64,000 nucleotides of DNA from a virus: the IMG/VR virus record IMGVR_UViG_3300021957_000004; one strand, written 5' to 3'. This document shows positions 1-9,834 of this stretch, in pieces. The notes beneath the pieces are model-generated. The model made no database searches and was not told the DNA's origin. It worked only from the letters and a program-made list of their open reading frames with translations. A program made the translations under genes and the position numbers. How positions within the stretch are numbered: position 1 is the first letter of the stretch; the number at the start of each line of letters is the position of its first letter.

Positions 1-1347
1 GGAAAAATACGCCTGTTTGATACGCGTAAAAAAACTCTATATAATGGTTTGTATAAGTATCTTAAACAATTTGCAGCAGAGCGCGAATACGAAGTCCTGA
101 CCAATGATTCAGCACAGTATGGAAGTGTAGAGCCAGAAAAACTCCCATTAGATTTTGGGACTGCGCCAATACTAACATCCAACCAAATACCTATTACCCC
201 AAGAGATTATCAATTAGATGCATTAGAACATGCATTAAAGAACGAAAGAAGTTTATTACTATCACCAACCGCATCTGGTAAATCCCTTATAATATATCTT
301 GCAGCGAGATGGTATATAGAACAACACCCTAGTCTTAAAATACTAATTGTAGTTCCTACAGTATCGTTAGTTGAACAAATGTATTCAGACTTCGAAGACT
401 ATAGTTCTACTGATGAGCATTTCCATACAGATGAATATGCTATGAAAATCCATGGTGGTACTGTAAAAGGTGAACGTATGGGTAGAATAGTTATATCCAC
501 GTGGCAATCAATCTACAAAAGACCAGCTGAATTCTTTCAGAACTTTGGGATGGTTATTGGCGATGAAGCACACCAATTTAAAGCTAAGTCTATGACTGCT
601 TTAATGGAAAAATGTACGGAAGCTAAATATAGAATTGGAACAACAGGTACATTAGATGGAACACAAACACACCAATTAGTGTTAGAAGGATTATTCGGTC
701 CAGTACATAAAGTAACTACAACCAAAGATTTAATAGATGACGGGCAATTAGCTAAGTTAAATATTAGTATGCTTTTATTAAAGTATAAAGAAGAACACTG
801 TAAAGAAATATCTAAACTAAAATACCAAGAAGAAATAGATTTTATTGTAAGGTATACACCAAGAAATAATTTTATATCTAACCTTGCTATTGACCAAGAT
901 GGTAATACATTAGTCCTGTTTAATTACGTCGAAAAGCACGGCAAACCCTTACATAACATCTTAAAAGATAAACTAAAGAATAAGAATAGAAAGCTTTTTT
1001 ATGTCTCGGGCGAGACGGACGTGGACACCCGCGAGAGCGTAAGATCAATAACCGAAAAAGAAAATGATGCTATTATTGTTGCTTCATTAGGTACATTTTC
1101 TACAGGTATAAATATTAGAAACCTACATAACATTATCTTTGCTTCTCCGAGTAAATCACAGATAAGAGTATTACAAAGTATTGGTAGAGGTTTAAGAAAA
1201 AGTGATAGAGATACAAAAGTATTTGATATAGCAGATGATTTACATTGGAAGACAAATAAGAATTATACCCTAAATCATGCAGCAGAAAGAATTAAAATAT
1301 ATTCAAAAGAAAAATTTGATTATGAATTATTTGAGATAAATATATAA
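1..1347 (+). CDS. uvsW: UvsW DNA helicase (SF2), 5'-truncated by window edge
   Basis: Frame is open from base 1 (GKIRLFD...); SPTASGKS, DEAH, TTGT and QSIGRGLR motifs. Confidence 0.95.
   Translation, partial: GKIRLFDTRKKTLYNGLYKYLKQFAAEREYEVLTNDSAQYGSVEPEKLPLDFGTAPILTSNQIPITPRDYQLDALEHALKNERSLLLSPTASGKSLIIYLAARWYIEQHPSLKILIVVPTVSLVEQMYSDFEDYSSTDEHFHTDEYAMKIHGGTVKGERMGRIVISTWQSIYKRPAEFFQNFGMVIGDEAHQFKAKSMTALMEKCTEAKYRIGTTGTLDGTQTHQLVLEGLFGPVHKVTTTKDLIDDGQLAKLNISMLLLKYKEEHCKEISKLKYQEEIDFIVRYTPRNNFISNLAIDQDGNTLVLFNYVEKHGKPLHNILKDKLKNKNRKLFYVSGETDVDTRESVRSITEKENDAIIVASLGTFSTGINIRNLHNIIFASPSKSQIRVLQSIGRGLRKSDRDTKVFDIADDLHWKTNKNYTLNHAAERIKIYSKEKFDYELFEINI
1003..1040. other. CpG-rich island inside uvsW
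   Basis: gtctcgggcgagacggacgtggacacccgcgagagcgt in an AT-rich gene; contains CGCTCTCGCGGGTG on the minus strand. Confidence 0.7.
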
Positions 1348-1348
1348 T

Positions 1349-1741
1349 ATGGAAGATTTAAATATAAGACATTTTAAACTTATGAATGGTGAAGATATCA
1401 TAGGTGTTGTATCTGTTAAAAATGATGATAGTTGGCTAATAGAAAGACCAGTACTTATTCAATCCAACATACTTGGCGGATTTCAGTTTACACATTGGTT
1501 CCCTTTTTCAAATACGAAAGTACATAAGCTACAATTTACTAGTATTATTAACAGTACTGGTATCGATCAAGACATAAAAGAAGATTACCTTAATTTTGTG
1601 CTCACTGCTAAGAAACGCACACGTAAGATAGAATCAGATATGGATGTGATGGCACAAATGGAAGCAGCCGTTGATCGTAGAGTAGAGGATGAGTTTAATG
1701 AAGGTAACCTTATTAAGGATAAGAAGAAGATAATTCATTAG
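1349..1741 (+). CDS. Conserved T4-like phage protein, Sm-like fold
   Basis: FKLMNGEDIIG...W-PFS pattern; position between uvsW and gp55. Confidence 0.6.
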   Translation: MEDLNIRHFKLMNGEDIIGVVSVKNDDSWLIERPVLIQSNILGGFQFTHWFPFSNTKVHKLQFTSIINSTGIDQDIKEDYLNFVLTAKKRTRKIESDMDVMAQMEAAVDRRVEDEFNEGNLIKDKKKIIH

Positions 1742-1770
1742 TGTACCTCTTCCCTCGAAAGTACTCTATT

Positions 1771-1800
1771 ATTATATCATATAAACTACGATTTGTAAAC
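1771..1800 (-). promoter_or_regulatory. Antisense early-type promoter
   Basis: Minus strand reads GTTTACaaatcgtagtttatatgaTATAAT, same spacing as the + strand early promoters. Confidence 0.75.
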
Positions 1801-1833
1801 CTTTTTTTTAATTATTTTTAAATTAATTTAATG

Positions 1834-1863
1834 GTTTACTTTTAGTTAAAACTATGGTATAAT
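1834..1863 (+). promoter_or_regulatory. T4-type early promoter for gp55-47-46
   Basis: GTTTAC-N18-TATAAT with extended TG. Confidence 0.85.
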
Positions 1864-1896
1864 ATACATTACTATGCTAAATTATGGAGATTAATA

Positions 1897-2463
1897 ATGG
1901 CAACAAAAAAGAACAAAGCTCATTATATTAACAATAAAGAGTTTTCTTTAGCTGTAGTAGATTACGTTAAATCTGCCACACTAGCTAAAGAGAAAAATAA
2001 AACAATACCTGTCGTAACAGATTATATTGCTAGATGCTTTATAAAGATTGCGGAAGGATTATCCCACAGACCAAACTTTGTAAGATATACCTATAGAGAA
2101 GAAATGGTTATGGATGCAGTAGAAAACTGTTTAAGAGCTATAAACAATTATAATATTGACACAGCTACAAGAACAGGAAATCCAAATGCATTCTCTTACT
2201 TTACTCAGATTTGCTTCTACGCTTTTATTCGTAGGATTACTAAAGAGAAAAAACAACAAGAGATTAAATTTAAATTCATCGAAAAGATGGGTATAGAGGA
2301 TTTTGTTGAAATGGGTATGGATGGAAATGTAGCTCAGGAAACAATGAACTACGTAGATACTTTAAGGCAAAGAATTAGCCAGATCGCAACTAAAGATAAG
2401 GCAGTAAAAGAATTTGCTCAAAAGGAAAAGAAAGAAAAGAAATTAGAACTGTTTATGGGGTAA
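1897..2463 (+). CDS. gp55: Late-transcription sigma factor gp55
   Basis: HYINNKEF, LSHRPNF..YTYREEMVMD, NAFSYFTQI motifs; synteny. Confidence 0.95.
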   Translation: MATKKNKAHYINNKEFSLAVVDYVKSATLAKEKNKTIPVVTDYIARCFIKIAEGLSHRPNFVRYTYREEMVMDAVENCLRAINNYNIDTATRTGNPNAFSYFTQICFYAFIRRITKEKKQQEIKFKFIEKMGIEDFVEMGMDGNVAQETMNYVDTLRQRISQIATKDKAVKEFAQKEKKEKKLELFMG

Positions 2464-2465
2464 TT

Positions 2466-2654
2466 ATGAAGAAGATGTCAACCAAACAAAAAACTGCTCA
2501 CAATAGAGTGACCGCCAAAAGGCGTAAGTCATTTATGAAAAGACGAGCACATGTTGCTATACTAAAAGCAGCTTATAAAAAATCATCTGAGATATCTAGA
2601 CAATTAGAAAAGATTAGATATAGACAAGTCAAAGCGGCCAAGGCAGCACAATGA
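2466..2654 (+). CDS. Small, very basic hypothetical protein
   Basis: Tightly packed ORF, K/R-rich. Confidence 0.55.
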   Translation: MKKMSTKQKTAHNRVTAKRRKSFMKRRAHVAILKAAYKKSSEISRQLEKIRYRQVKAAKAAQ

Positions 2655-3712
2655 AGGTAGCAATATTAAATGACACCCACTGCGGTGTTAGGAATTCAAG
2701 TGATATATTTTTAAACTATCAAGGTGCTTTTTATAGGGATGTATTTTTTCCATATTTAAAAGAGCATGGTATTAAAAACATATTACACTTAGGTGATTAC
2801 TATGAGCATAGAAAGTTTGTTAACTTTAAAGCTTTAAACCAAAATAGAAAAGACTTCTTAGAACCTATGCGTGATGCTGGTATTACTATGGATATTATTC
2901 CTGGCAATCATGATGTATACTTTAAGAATACCAATGAGCTATGCTCCCTTAAAGAGCTTCTAGGCTACTTTACATCTAATGTTAACATTATCATGAAGCC
3001 AACCGTATTAGATTACGATGGTTTGGGCGTAGCAGTTATACCATGGATCAACAATGCTAACTATGAAGAATACACAAAATGGGCTATGAATTGCAAAGCT
3101 CCTATCCTTGGTGCACATCTAGAATTAAAAGGTTTTGAAATGATGGCAGGTATGCCTAATCCACATGGCATGAATGCAGATATATTTGGTAATTATGAAT
3201 CAGTATTATCTGGACACTTCCATACAAAATCATCACAGAACAATGTACATTATCTAGGTTCGCAAATGGAATTCACCTGGGCAGATGTTGACGATCCTAA
3301 ATATTTTCATATATTAGATACTGAGACACGCGAGATCACGCCCGTGCGTAACCCTATTACTATGTTTAAAAAGATTGTATACGATGATAGCAAAACAGAT
3401 TATAACGCTGTAGATGTTAGCGAATACGAAAAGAAATTTATTAAACTAATTGTTCTTAAGAAAGACGATTTATACATGTTTGATAAGTTCATAGATAAAC
3501 TACAGAGTATAGAAACTTATGAGCTAAAGATAGCAGAATCATTTGAAGAGTATATGGGAGAAAGCGTCGAAGACGAGAAAATATCCCTCGAAGATACAAC
3601 ACAACTTCTAGATTCCTATGTCGATGCAGTAGAAACCGATCTGGATAAAGATCACATTAAGGTAGAGTTAAGAAAACTTTACACTGAGGCGCAGAACCTA
3701 GAGGTAGTATGA
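2651..3712 (+). CDS. gp47: Recombination endonuclease subunit gp47 (Mre11/SbcD-like)
   Basis: DTH, HLGD, GNHD, SGHFH metallophosphoesterase motifs. Confidence 0.95.
   Translation: MKVAILNDTHCGVRNSSDIFLNYQGAFYRDVFFPYLKEHGIKNILHLGDYYEHRKFVNFKALNQNRKDFLEPMRDAGITMDIIPGNHDVYFKNTNELCSLKELLGYFTSNVNIIMKPTVLDYDGLGVAVIPWINNANYEEYTKWAMNCKAPILGAHLELKGFEMMAGMPNPHGMNADIFGNYESVLSGHFHTKSSQNNVHYLGSQMEFTWADVDDPKYFHILDTETREITPVRNPITMFKKIVYDDSKTDYNAVDVSEYEKKFIKLIVLKKDDLYMFDKFIDKLQSIETYELKIAESFEEYMGESVEDEKISLEDTTQLLDSYVDAVETDLDKDHIKVELRKLYTEAQNLEVV
3325..3349. other. CpG-rich island inside gp47
   Basis: gacacgcgagatcacgcccgtgcgt. Confidence 0.6.
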
Positions 3713-5424
3713 TACAATTTAAATCATGTAAGTGGGAGAATTTTCTTTCCACAGGCAGTGACCCAATAACAATATTATTAGATAAATCCCCAACAACATT
3801 AATCGTAGGACAAAACGGAGCAGGTAAATCTACTTTACTTGACGCTTTATCGTTTGCTTTATTTAATAAACCACATAGAGATATAAACAAAAACCAATTA
3901 GTGAATAGTATTAATGGTAAGAAAACTTTAGTAGAAGTAGAATTTAAAATAGGAAACCAAGACTTTAAAATTGTAAGAGGTATTAAGCCTGCACGATTTG
4001 AAATTTGGCAGAACAATAATATGATTAATCAATCTAGTAATGCTAGAGATTATCAAAAGTTCCTAGAGCAGAACATATTAAAGCTAAATCATAAATCATT
4101 CCACCAAGTGGTTGTATTAGGATCTAGTTCTTTTATTCCTTTTATGCAATTACCTGCTTGGTCACGTAGATCTGTTATAGAAGACTTATTGGATATTAAT
4201 ATATTCTCTAAGATGAATACACTGTTAAAAGAACGTAACTCCAAAATAAAAGACGAGTTAGTTGATATTAACCATAGGATAGAATTACTTAAAACAAAGA
4301 TAACTGGGCAAAATAAGTACATTAAAGATTTACAATCGCTTAACCAAGACCAGATAGAAAAGAAAGAAGATTCAATCGAAGTACATAAAAAAGAAATTAA
4401 ATCTACCTTTGAGGAAAGCAGAGACTTAGGACAAAATCTCGAGACCTTATTAAAAGAGGAGGATAAACGGTATAAAACTACTAATGACGAAATGTCCAAT
4501 TTAAAGTCCCATGACCTCCAGCATACCAGTAAGATTAAAGAGTTAGTAGGTCAGGCAAGATTTTATGAAGATAATGATCAATGCCCAACCTGTGATCAAG
4601 ATATAGAACAATCATTAAAAGAAAGTAAAATAGAAGATATTAAAAAATCTGCTGCTAACGTTCAACAAAATAAAACTATATTAAGTAAACAGATAGAAGA
4701 TGCTAAGGCAGAACTACAGGATATTCAAAACAAAACTAATCAGCTTAGACAGAAACAACAAAAGATTAATTCTAACAATGAGAAGATTACGGTATTACAA
4801 AAAGAAATAGATCGGGTACAAAAAGAAATTGGTCAGCTAAGTAGCGCCACGGGAGATGTATCTAAGGCTAAGAAAGAGCTAAACAATAGCAGAAAATCCA
4901 AAGAAGATATTACCGAAAAGAAATTACAGTATGTAGAAGAAAGAACATACAATGAAGTCATTGGGGAAATGCTTAAAGACACCGGTATTAAAACTAAGGT
5001 CATTAAGCAGTACCTACCGGTTATGAATAGGTTAATTAATCAATACTTACAAATACTAGACTTCTTCGTAGCATTCCACTTAGATGAAAACTTTAATGAA
5101 ACAATTAGATCAAGACATAGAGATAGTTTTAATTATAGCTCTTTTTCTGAAGGTGAAAAACAAAGAATCGATTTAAGTTTATTATTTACTTGGAGACAGG
5201 TTGCTAAGATGAAGAATAGTGCAGCTACCAATTTGTTGGTCCTCGATGAAACATTTGATAGTTCATTAGACCACGATGGAATAGAAAGCTTAACTAAGAT
5301 TTTATCTACTTTAGAAGATGGAACAAACGTATTCATTATCTCCCATAAAGGTGATATCCTGGAGAACAAGTTCAGATCTAAGATAGAATTCTTTAAACAA
5401 AAGAACTTCTCAAAGATAAAATAA
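3709..5424 (+). CDS. gp46: Recombination ATPase gp46 (Rad50/SbcC-like)
   Basis: GQNGAGKS, CPTC zinc hook, coiled coil, FSEGEK, LVLDE. Confidence 0.95.
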   Translation: MIQFKSCKWENFLSTGSDPITILLDKSPTTLIVGQNGAGKSTLLDALSFALFNKPHRDINKNQLVNSINGKKTLVEVEFKIGNQDFKIVRGIKPARFEIWQNNNMINQSSNARDYQKFLEQNILKLNHKSFHQVVVLGSSSFIPFMQLPAWSRRSVIEDLLDINIFSKMNTLLKERNSKIKDELVDINHRIELLKTKITGQNKYIKDLQSLNQDQIEKKEDSIEVHKKEIKSTFEESRDLGQNLETLLKEEDKRYKTTNDEMSNLKSHDLQHTSKIKELVGQARFYEDNDQCPTCDQDIEQSLKESKIEDIKKSAANVQQNKTILSKQIEDAKAELQDIQNKTNQLRQKQQKINSNNEKITVLQKEIDRVQKEIGQLSSATGDVSKAKKELNNSRKSKEDITEKKLQYVEERTYNEVIGEMLKDTGIKTKVIKQYLPVMNRLINQYLQILDFFVAFHLDENFNETIRSRHRDSFNYSSFSEGEKQRIDLSLLFTWRQVAKMKNSAATNLLVLDETFDSSLDHDGIESLTKILSTLEDGTNVFIISHKGDILENKFRSKIEFFKQKNFSKIK

Positions 5425-5425
5425 C

Positions 5426-5512
5426 GTAACGTCACAGCCACGTCACAAATACGTAACGAATCGTCACAGATGCAAAATAGTTGTTTACATCTACCTTGAA
5501 CTACGGTATAAT
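5426..5512 (+). promoter_or_regulatory. Early promoter with upstream phased GTNAC repeats
   Basis: GTCAC/GTAAC at 5431, 5442, 5453, 5463; GTTTAC 5483; TATAAT 5507. Confidence 0.85.
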
Positions 5513-5544
5513 ACATCTATACTTTAAAAAAATAAGGAGTTTTA

Positions 5545-7737
5545 ATGTTACAATCATCTATATTACCAAAATTACTAGCTAAGGAAGATATTACTATTAG
5601 ACATGGTAATTATCATACTGCCTGGTTCGATGTAAAAAATAGGGTCCTAGGATTACCTAATTGGAAAGATATGGGCAAAGACGTTTATGATCTATTATGT
5701 GGTCATGAAGTTGGTCATGCATTATTTACTCCAGAGTCTGGATGGCATGATAGCCCAGAAAAATTAAAAGGCGCTCCTAGATCTTACTTAAATGTTATCG
5801 AAGATGCTAGAATAGAAAGAGAAATTAGAAACACATATCCTGGTTTAATCGCTGCAATGCAACGTGGTTATAACCAATTACTTAAAAGAGATTTCTTTGG
5901 TGATATCTATAATTTAGAATGGGACCAAATTAAACTTATTGATAAGATTAACCTTAAAACAAAATTAGGTTCTATGATCGAAGTTCCATTTAATGATGTA
6001 GAACAAGGATTTTTAGATAGAGCTTTTACCAACAAAACTTGGGATCAAGTAGTTCAGTTAGCAAAAGACGTCCTAAAGTATACTCAAGAAAACCAAGACG
6101 AGCTATTACAGCCACAGGAATTACCGCAAGTTGTTCAAGACGTTATGGATAAAATCGAAGAGATGGAAGATAACCAAGAGCAAGAAGATCAGGGCCCACA
6201 AGGCGGTCATGATGATTATCCAGCAGACCAGGAAGAAGCTCCAGAGTCTAATGAAGGTGAAGAAGAAGTTCAGAATGCAAACGCAGAAGAATCTGAAGAA
6301 GAATCCCTAGAATCATTAAAAGAAAAATTAGAAGAATTATCTTCTCGACCAGAATATCAACCAGATGAAGATATATCTGTTACAGATGAAACCTATAGAT
6401 CTAAAGAAGAAGAGTTATTGGATCTCGGCAGAGATGGTAGTGGTTATACTACAATAAACGAACTAAGACCTTTTCATATTGAAAATGCTGTTATTGGATA
6501 TGACCAATTAACAAAAGAAAGAGAATGGAAAGCTAAGTACTTTGAAGAAGATCTAACTAAGGATGTAGAAAATTTTAAAAAGTATGTTAAAGAAACTAAA
6601 AGATCTGTTAACTTTGCAGTTAAAGAATTCGAGCAAAGAAAGGCAGCGTTTAGATATCAAAGAGCAACTACTGCCAAAACCGGTAGATTGGATGTTGGCA
6701 AGCTTTGGTCTTACAAAACTTCAGAAGATATATTCTCTCAAGTAACTACCTTAGCAGATGCTAAAAATCACGGTATGATTATGCTTGTAGATTATTCTGG
6801 TTCAATGGCTAATTCAATGCCTTATGTTATGGATCAGCTTTTACATATGGTTCACTTCTGTAAAGCTATTAATATCCCATTCGATGTTTATGGATTTACT
6901 ACACAAAACTCAGCATTCAAATATGACGAAACTACATTTACTAGCCAAATTCAAGATGGCGATTTAGACATGGGTGATCTTTCTATGCCTTTAGTTTGTT
7001 CTTCAAGCTTTAATAAAAAACAATTTACAGATGCTATCTATCACATGTACTTAAGAAAGGCAGATGATTACTGGGGATCAAGAGCACCTTTAGCTAAAAG
7101 CGAAGAGTATGGCGGCACTCCACTAGATCAAGCGCTAGTGGTATCTCACCACTTGGTTAAAGAGTTTAAGAATAAGCATAGAGTAGAAAAAATGAATTTC
7201 GTTACTTTTACAGATGGCGATTCAGGAACTATGCATGCAATCCAAGACGAAAAGATGGCAAGCAAAAAAGTTAGTTCTAGAAGTTATAGAGGCGAAAGAA
7301 TTATTATTATAAACAAAAAAAGAATAGAGCTAAATAGCTATAGAGCTACTGAGGATCTTCTTCAAAATATGGCTAAGACCCTAAACGTAAAAACAATGGG
7401 CTTTTTTATGGCAGATGATGCTCATCACTTTAGACAAAGAGTTGGTATGCTAGCACAATACTGTGATCAAGATATCTATCATAATGAAGATTTTAGAAAA
7501 GAATGTACTAAAGAATTTACTAAAAACAAATGCATCCACAAACCGAATGCTTTTGGATATGATAACTACTACTTGCTTAAAGGTGGTAAAACTCTATCTG
7601 CAGAGAATGGTGAATTCGAAGAAAAGGTTACAGAAGATATGTCAGATGCTCAGATCAGAACAGCGTTTAAGAAGTTTAGCAAAGGTAAGAAAACCAATAA
7701 GGTTCTTATGACATCCATTGGTCAAGCAGTTGCTTAA
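5545..7737 (+). CDS. Metallopeptidase-like (HExxH) plus VWA-domain protein, CobT-like partner of the AAA ATPase
   Basis: HEVGH, acidic linker, MIDAS DYSGS...T...TDGD. Confidence 0.8.
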   Translation: MLQSSILPKLLAKEDITIRHGNYHTAWFDVKNRVLGLPNWKDMGKDVYDLLCGHEVGHALFTPESGWHDSPEKLKGAPRSYLNVIEDARIEREIRNTYPGLIAAMQRGYNQLLKRDFFGDIYNLEWDQIKLIDKINLKTKLGSMIEVPFNDVEQGFLDRAFTNKTWDQVVQLAKDVLKYTQENQDELLQPQELPQVVQDVMDKIEEMEDNQEQEDQGPQGGHDDYPADQEEAPESNEGEEEVQNANAEESEEESLESLKEKLEELSSRPEYQPDEDISVTDETYRSKEEELLDLGRDGSGYTTINELRPFHIENAVIGYDQLTKEREWKAKYFEEDLTKDVENFKKYVKETKRSVNFAVKEFEQRKAAFRYQRATTAKTGRLDVGKLWSYKTSEDIFSQVTTLADAKNHGMIMLVDYSGSMANSMPYVMDQLLHMVHFCKAINIPFDVYGFTTQNSAFKYDETTFTSQIQDGDLDMGDLSMPLVCSSSFNKKQFTDAIYHMYLRKADDYWGSRAPLAKSEEYGGTPLDQALVVSHHLVKEFKNKHRVEKMNFVTFTDGDSGTMHAIQDEKMASKKVSSRSYRGERIIIINKKRIELNSYRATEDLLQNMAKTLNVKTMGFFMADDAHHFRQRVGMLAQYCDQDIYHNEDFRKECTKEFTKNKCIHKPNAFGYDNYYLLKGGKTLSAENGEFEEKVTEDMSDAQIRTAFKKFSKGKKTNKVLMTSIGQAVA

Positions 7738-7744
7738 TCGAAAA

Positions 7745-7810
7745 GTTACGTCACAATTTCGTGAACTTTTCAAATTAGGGGTTTACATCCCCTTAAAAAT
7801 ACGGTATAAT
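7745..7810 (+). promoter_or_regulatory. Early promoter with GTCAC-N6-GTGAA upstream element
   Basis: GTCAC 7750, GTGAA 7761, GTTTAC 7781, TATAAT 7805. Confidence 0.85.
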
Positions 7811-7845
7811 GGTACCTATATTTAAAAAGATAAGGAGTCTATATA

Positions 7846-8973
7846 ATGAATAACATGAAAATATCAACCCAAAGAATCTTAGAAGAAATTTCTAATAAGT
7901 TTCCAGGCCAAACGGATTTCCGTAGAGCCATAATCGAAGACGTGGCAAAATCCATGGGCTTTACCGCTAAGGATTTTTATCCTTTACTTTCTTCTGACAA
8001 CAGAGTTAAGATCGGTACTTATTCCCTAGAAGGATTATTACCAGAAGCAGCTCCGGCAGCTATGGACCAGGTCCCAGCTACTGCGGCTCAAATGCAATCT
8101 ATTACAAGCGATGAAAGAACTTTCGCTACAGTGGATCCTACATTCGTCCCATGGGGTTCTTTTAAAGATGTTACTCAGATTATTAAATCTGAAATGTTTT
8201 ATCCTACTTACGTTTCTGGCTTATCCGGAAATGGTAAAACTTTTATGATCGAGCAAGCTTGTGCTAAGCTCGGCAAAGAATTCATTAGAGTTCAAATCAA
8301 TCCAGAAACGGATGAAGATGATTTACTTGGTGGATTTAGATTAATTAACGGCGAAACAGTTTTCGCTAAAGGCCCAGTTCTAAAAGCAATGGAATCCGGT
8401 GCAATACTTTTACTCGATGAGATCGATAGAGCTACCAACAAGATCATGTGTCTTCAAGGTATCTTAGAAGGCAAACCAGTACTTGTTAAAAAGACTGGTG
8501 AAACAATTACACCTAAAAAAGGTTTCAACGTATTCGCTACTGCCAATACTAAAGGCAAAGGTTCAGACGATGGTAGATTTACCGCAGCTAGTATCTTAGA
8601 TGATGCTTTCTTAGAAAGATTTACTATCTCAGTAGATATGCAATTCCCTTCAGTTTCTGTAGAGAAAAGAATTCTACAAAAACATATGGATAAATTTGAT
8701 ACCCAAGATACAGAGTTTGTAACCAAGCTTGTTACTTGGGCAGATATTATCCGTAAAACATTTTACGATGATGGCGTAGACGAAGTTATTTCTACTAGAA
8801 GACTTTGCCACGTTGTCCAAACATTCTCGATCTTTAAAGACAAAATGAAATCAATCGATCTTTGTATTTCTAGATTCGACGAAGATACAAAAATAGCTTT
8901 CTTGGATCTCTATACAAAAGTAGATTCAGGGGTAGAGCTAGAAATACCAGGAGATGAAGATGCCCAAATCTAA
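7846..8973 (+). CDS. cobS: CobS-like / MoxR-type AAA+ ATPase
   Basis: GLSGNGKT, LLLDEID, ATANTKGKG, AFLERF. Confidence 0.85.
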   Translation: MNNMKISTQRILEEISNKFPGQTDFRRAIIEDVAKSMGFTAKDFYPLLSSDNRVKIGTYSLEGLLPEAAPAAMDQVPATAAQMQSITSDERTFATVDPTFVPWGSFKDVTQIIKSEMFYPTYVSGLSGNGKTFMIEQACAKLGKEFIRVQINPETDEDDLLGGFRLINGETVFAKGPVLKAMESGAILLLDEIDRATNKIMCLQGILEGKPVLVKKTGETITPKKGFNVFATANTKGKGSDDGRFTAASILDDAFLERFTISVDMQFPSVSVEKRILQKHMDKFDTQDTEFVTKLVTWADIIRKTFYDDGVDEVISTRRLCHVVQTFSIFKDKMKSIDLCISRFDEDTKIAFLDLYTKVDSGVELEIPGDEDAQI

Positions 8974-9241
8974 ACCAAACTATAAATTTAACGAAGGAGC
9001 TTTGATTGCAGAGCTCCAAGGTTATATCGATGCTACCTATAATGGTCACTATTCTAAAAACAAATTCCAATCAACGGAATTTATTTCAGACTGCGGTCAT
9101 GGTATGGGTTTTGCAATTGGTAATATACTTAAATACGCGCAGAGGTACGGCCGTAAGGGCACACGCGACGATCACCGAAAAGATCTAATGAAAGTATTAC
9201 ATTACTCTTTAATTGCGCTTAGCGAACACGACAGGTCTTAA
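8954..9241 (+). CDS. DUF3310-like phage protein
   Basis: HY...GFAIGNILKYAQRYGRK...DLMKVLHY. Confidence 0.7.
   Translation: MKMPKSKPNYKFNEGALIAELQGYIDATYNGHYSKNKFQSTEFISDCGHGMGFAIGNILKYAQRYGRKGTRDDHRKDLMKVLHYSLIALSEHDRS
9134..9177. other. CpG-rich island
   Basis: tacgcgcagaggtacggccgtaagggcacacgcgacgatcaccg. Confidence 0.65.
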
Positions 9242-9242
9242 T

Positions 9243-9773
9243 ATGAATGTAATACTTAATTTTTGGAACAAACACATATGGACAATAACATTTGTTATTT
9301 GTTTACCCCTTATATTAGCTTTTATTTCCCAAAAGGTATATGGATCAAATAGTGACATTGGAGAACAAAGAGTATGCTTAGCACAAAACATTTACTTTGA
9401 ATCTGCTAACCAACCTGATGCAGGTAGAGTGGCAGTAGCCCAAGTGGTTTTAAATAGAGTGGACGATTTACAATTTCCCAATACAATTTGTGGAGTAGTT
9501 TATCAAGCTAAGATGAGAACTAATTGGAAAGGACAAGAAGTACCTATCCTAAACCAATGTCAATTTAGCTGGTTTTGTGATGGTAAGTCTGATGAACCTA
9601 CAGATTCTATTACTTGGATGCAATCCATTCGTATAGCAGATCAGGTTATGTTTGATTTTAACTTTGATCTTACCGAAGGTGCTTTATACTATCACACAAT
9701 TCATATCGATCCTTACTGGAACGATTACTTAACCCCCACGGTTATTATTAATGACCATATTTTTTACAAATAG
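9243..9773 (+). CDS. Cell wall hydrolase, SleB/Hydrolase_2 family, with N-terminal membrane anchor
   Basis: CLAQNIYFES, VAQVVLNRV, FPNTICGVVYQ, CQFSW, HIFY. Confidence 0.9.
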   Translation: MNVILNFWNKHIWTITFVICLPLILAFISQKVYGSNSDIGEQRVCLAQNIYFESANQPDAGRVAVAQVVLNRVDDLQFPNTICGVVYQAKMRTNWKGQEVPILNQCQFSWFCDGKSDEPTDSITWMQSIRIADQVMFDFNFDLTEGALYYHTIHIDPYWNDYLTPTVIINDHIFYK

Positions 9774-9775
9774 GG

Positions 9776-9805
9776 ATTTACATTCAACACAAACTATGGT
9801 ATAAT
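9776..9805 (+). promoter_or_regulatory. Early promoter
   Basis: ATTTAC-N18-TATAAT. Confidence 0.8.
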
Positions 9806-9834
9806 AGTACCATTAAACTAAAAAGGAATATATT

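Noticed and set aside
7846-8973. Cobalamin biosynthesis auxiliary gene
   Set aside because: No cobN or other cob genes; better explained as a MoxR-type AAA+/VWA pair
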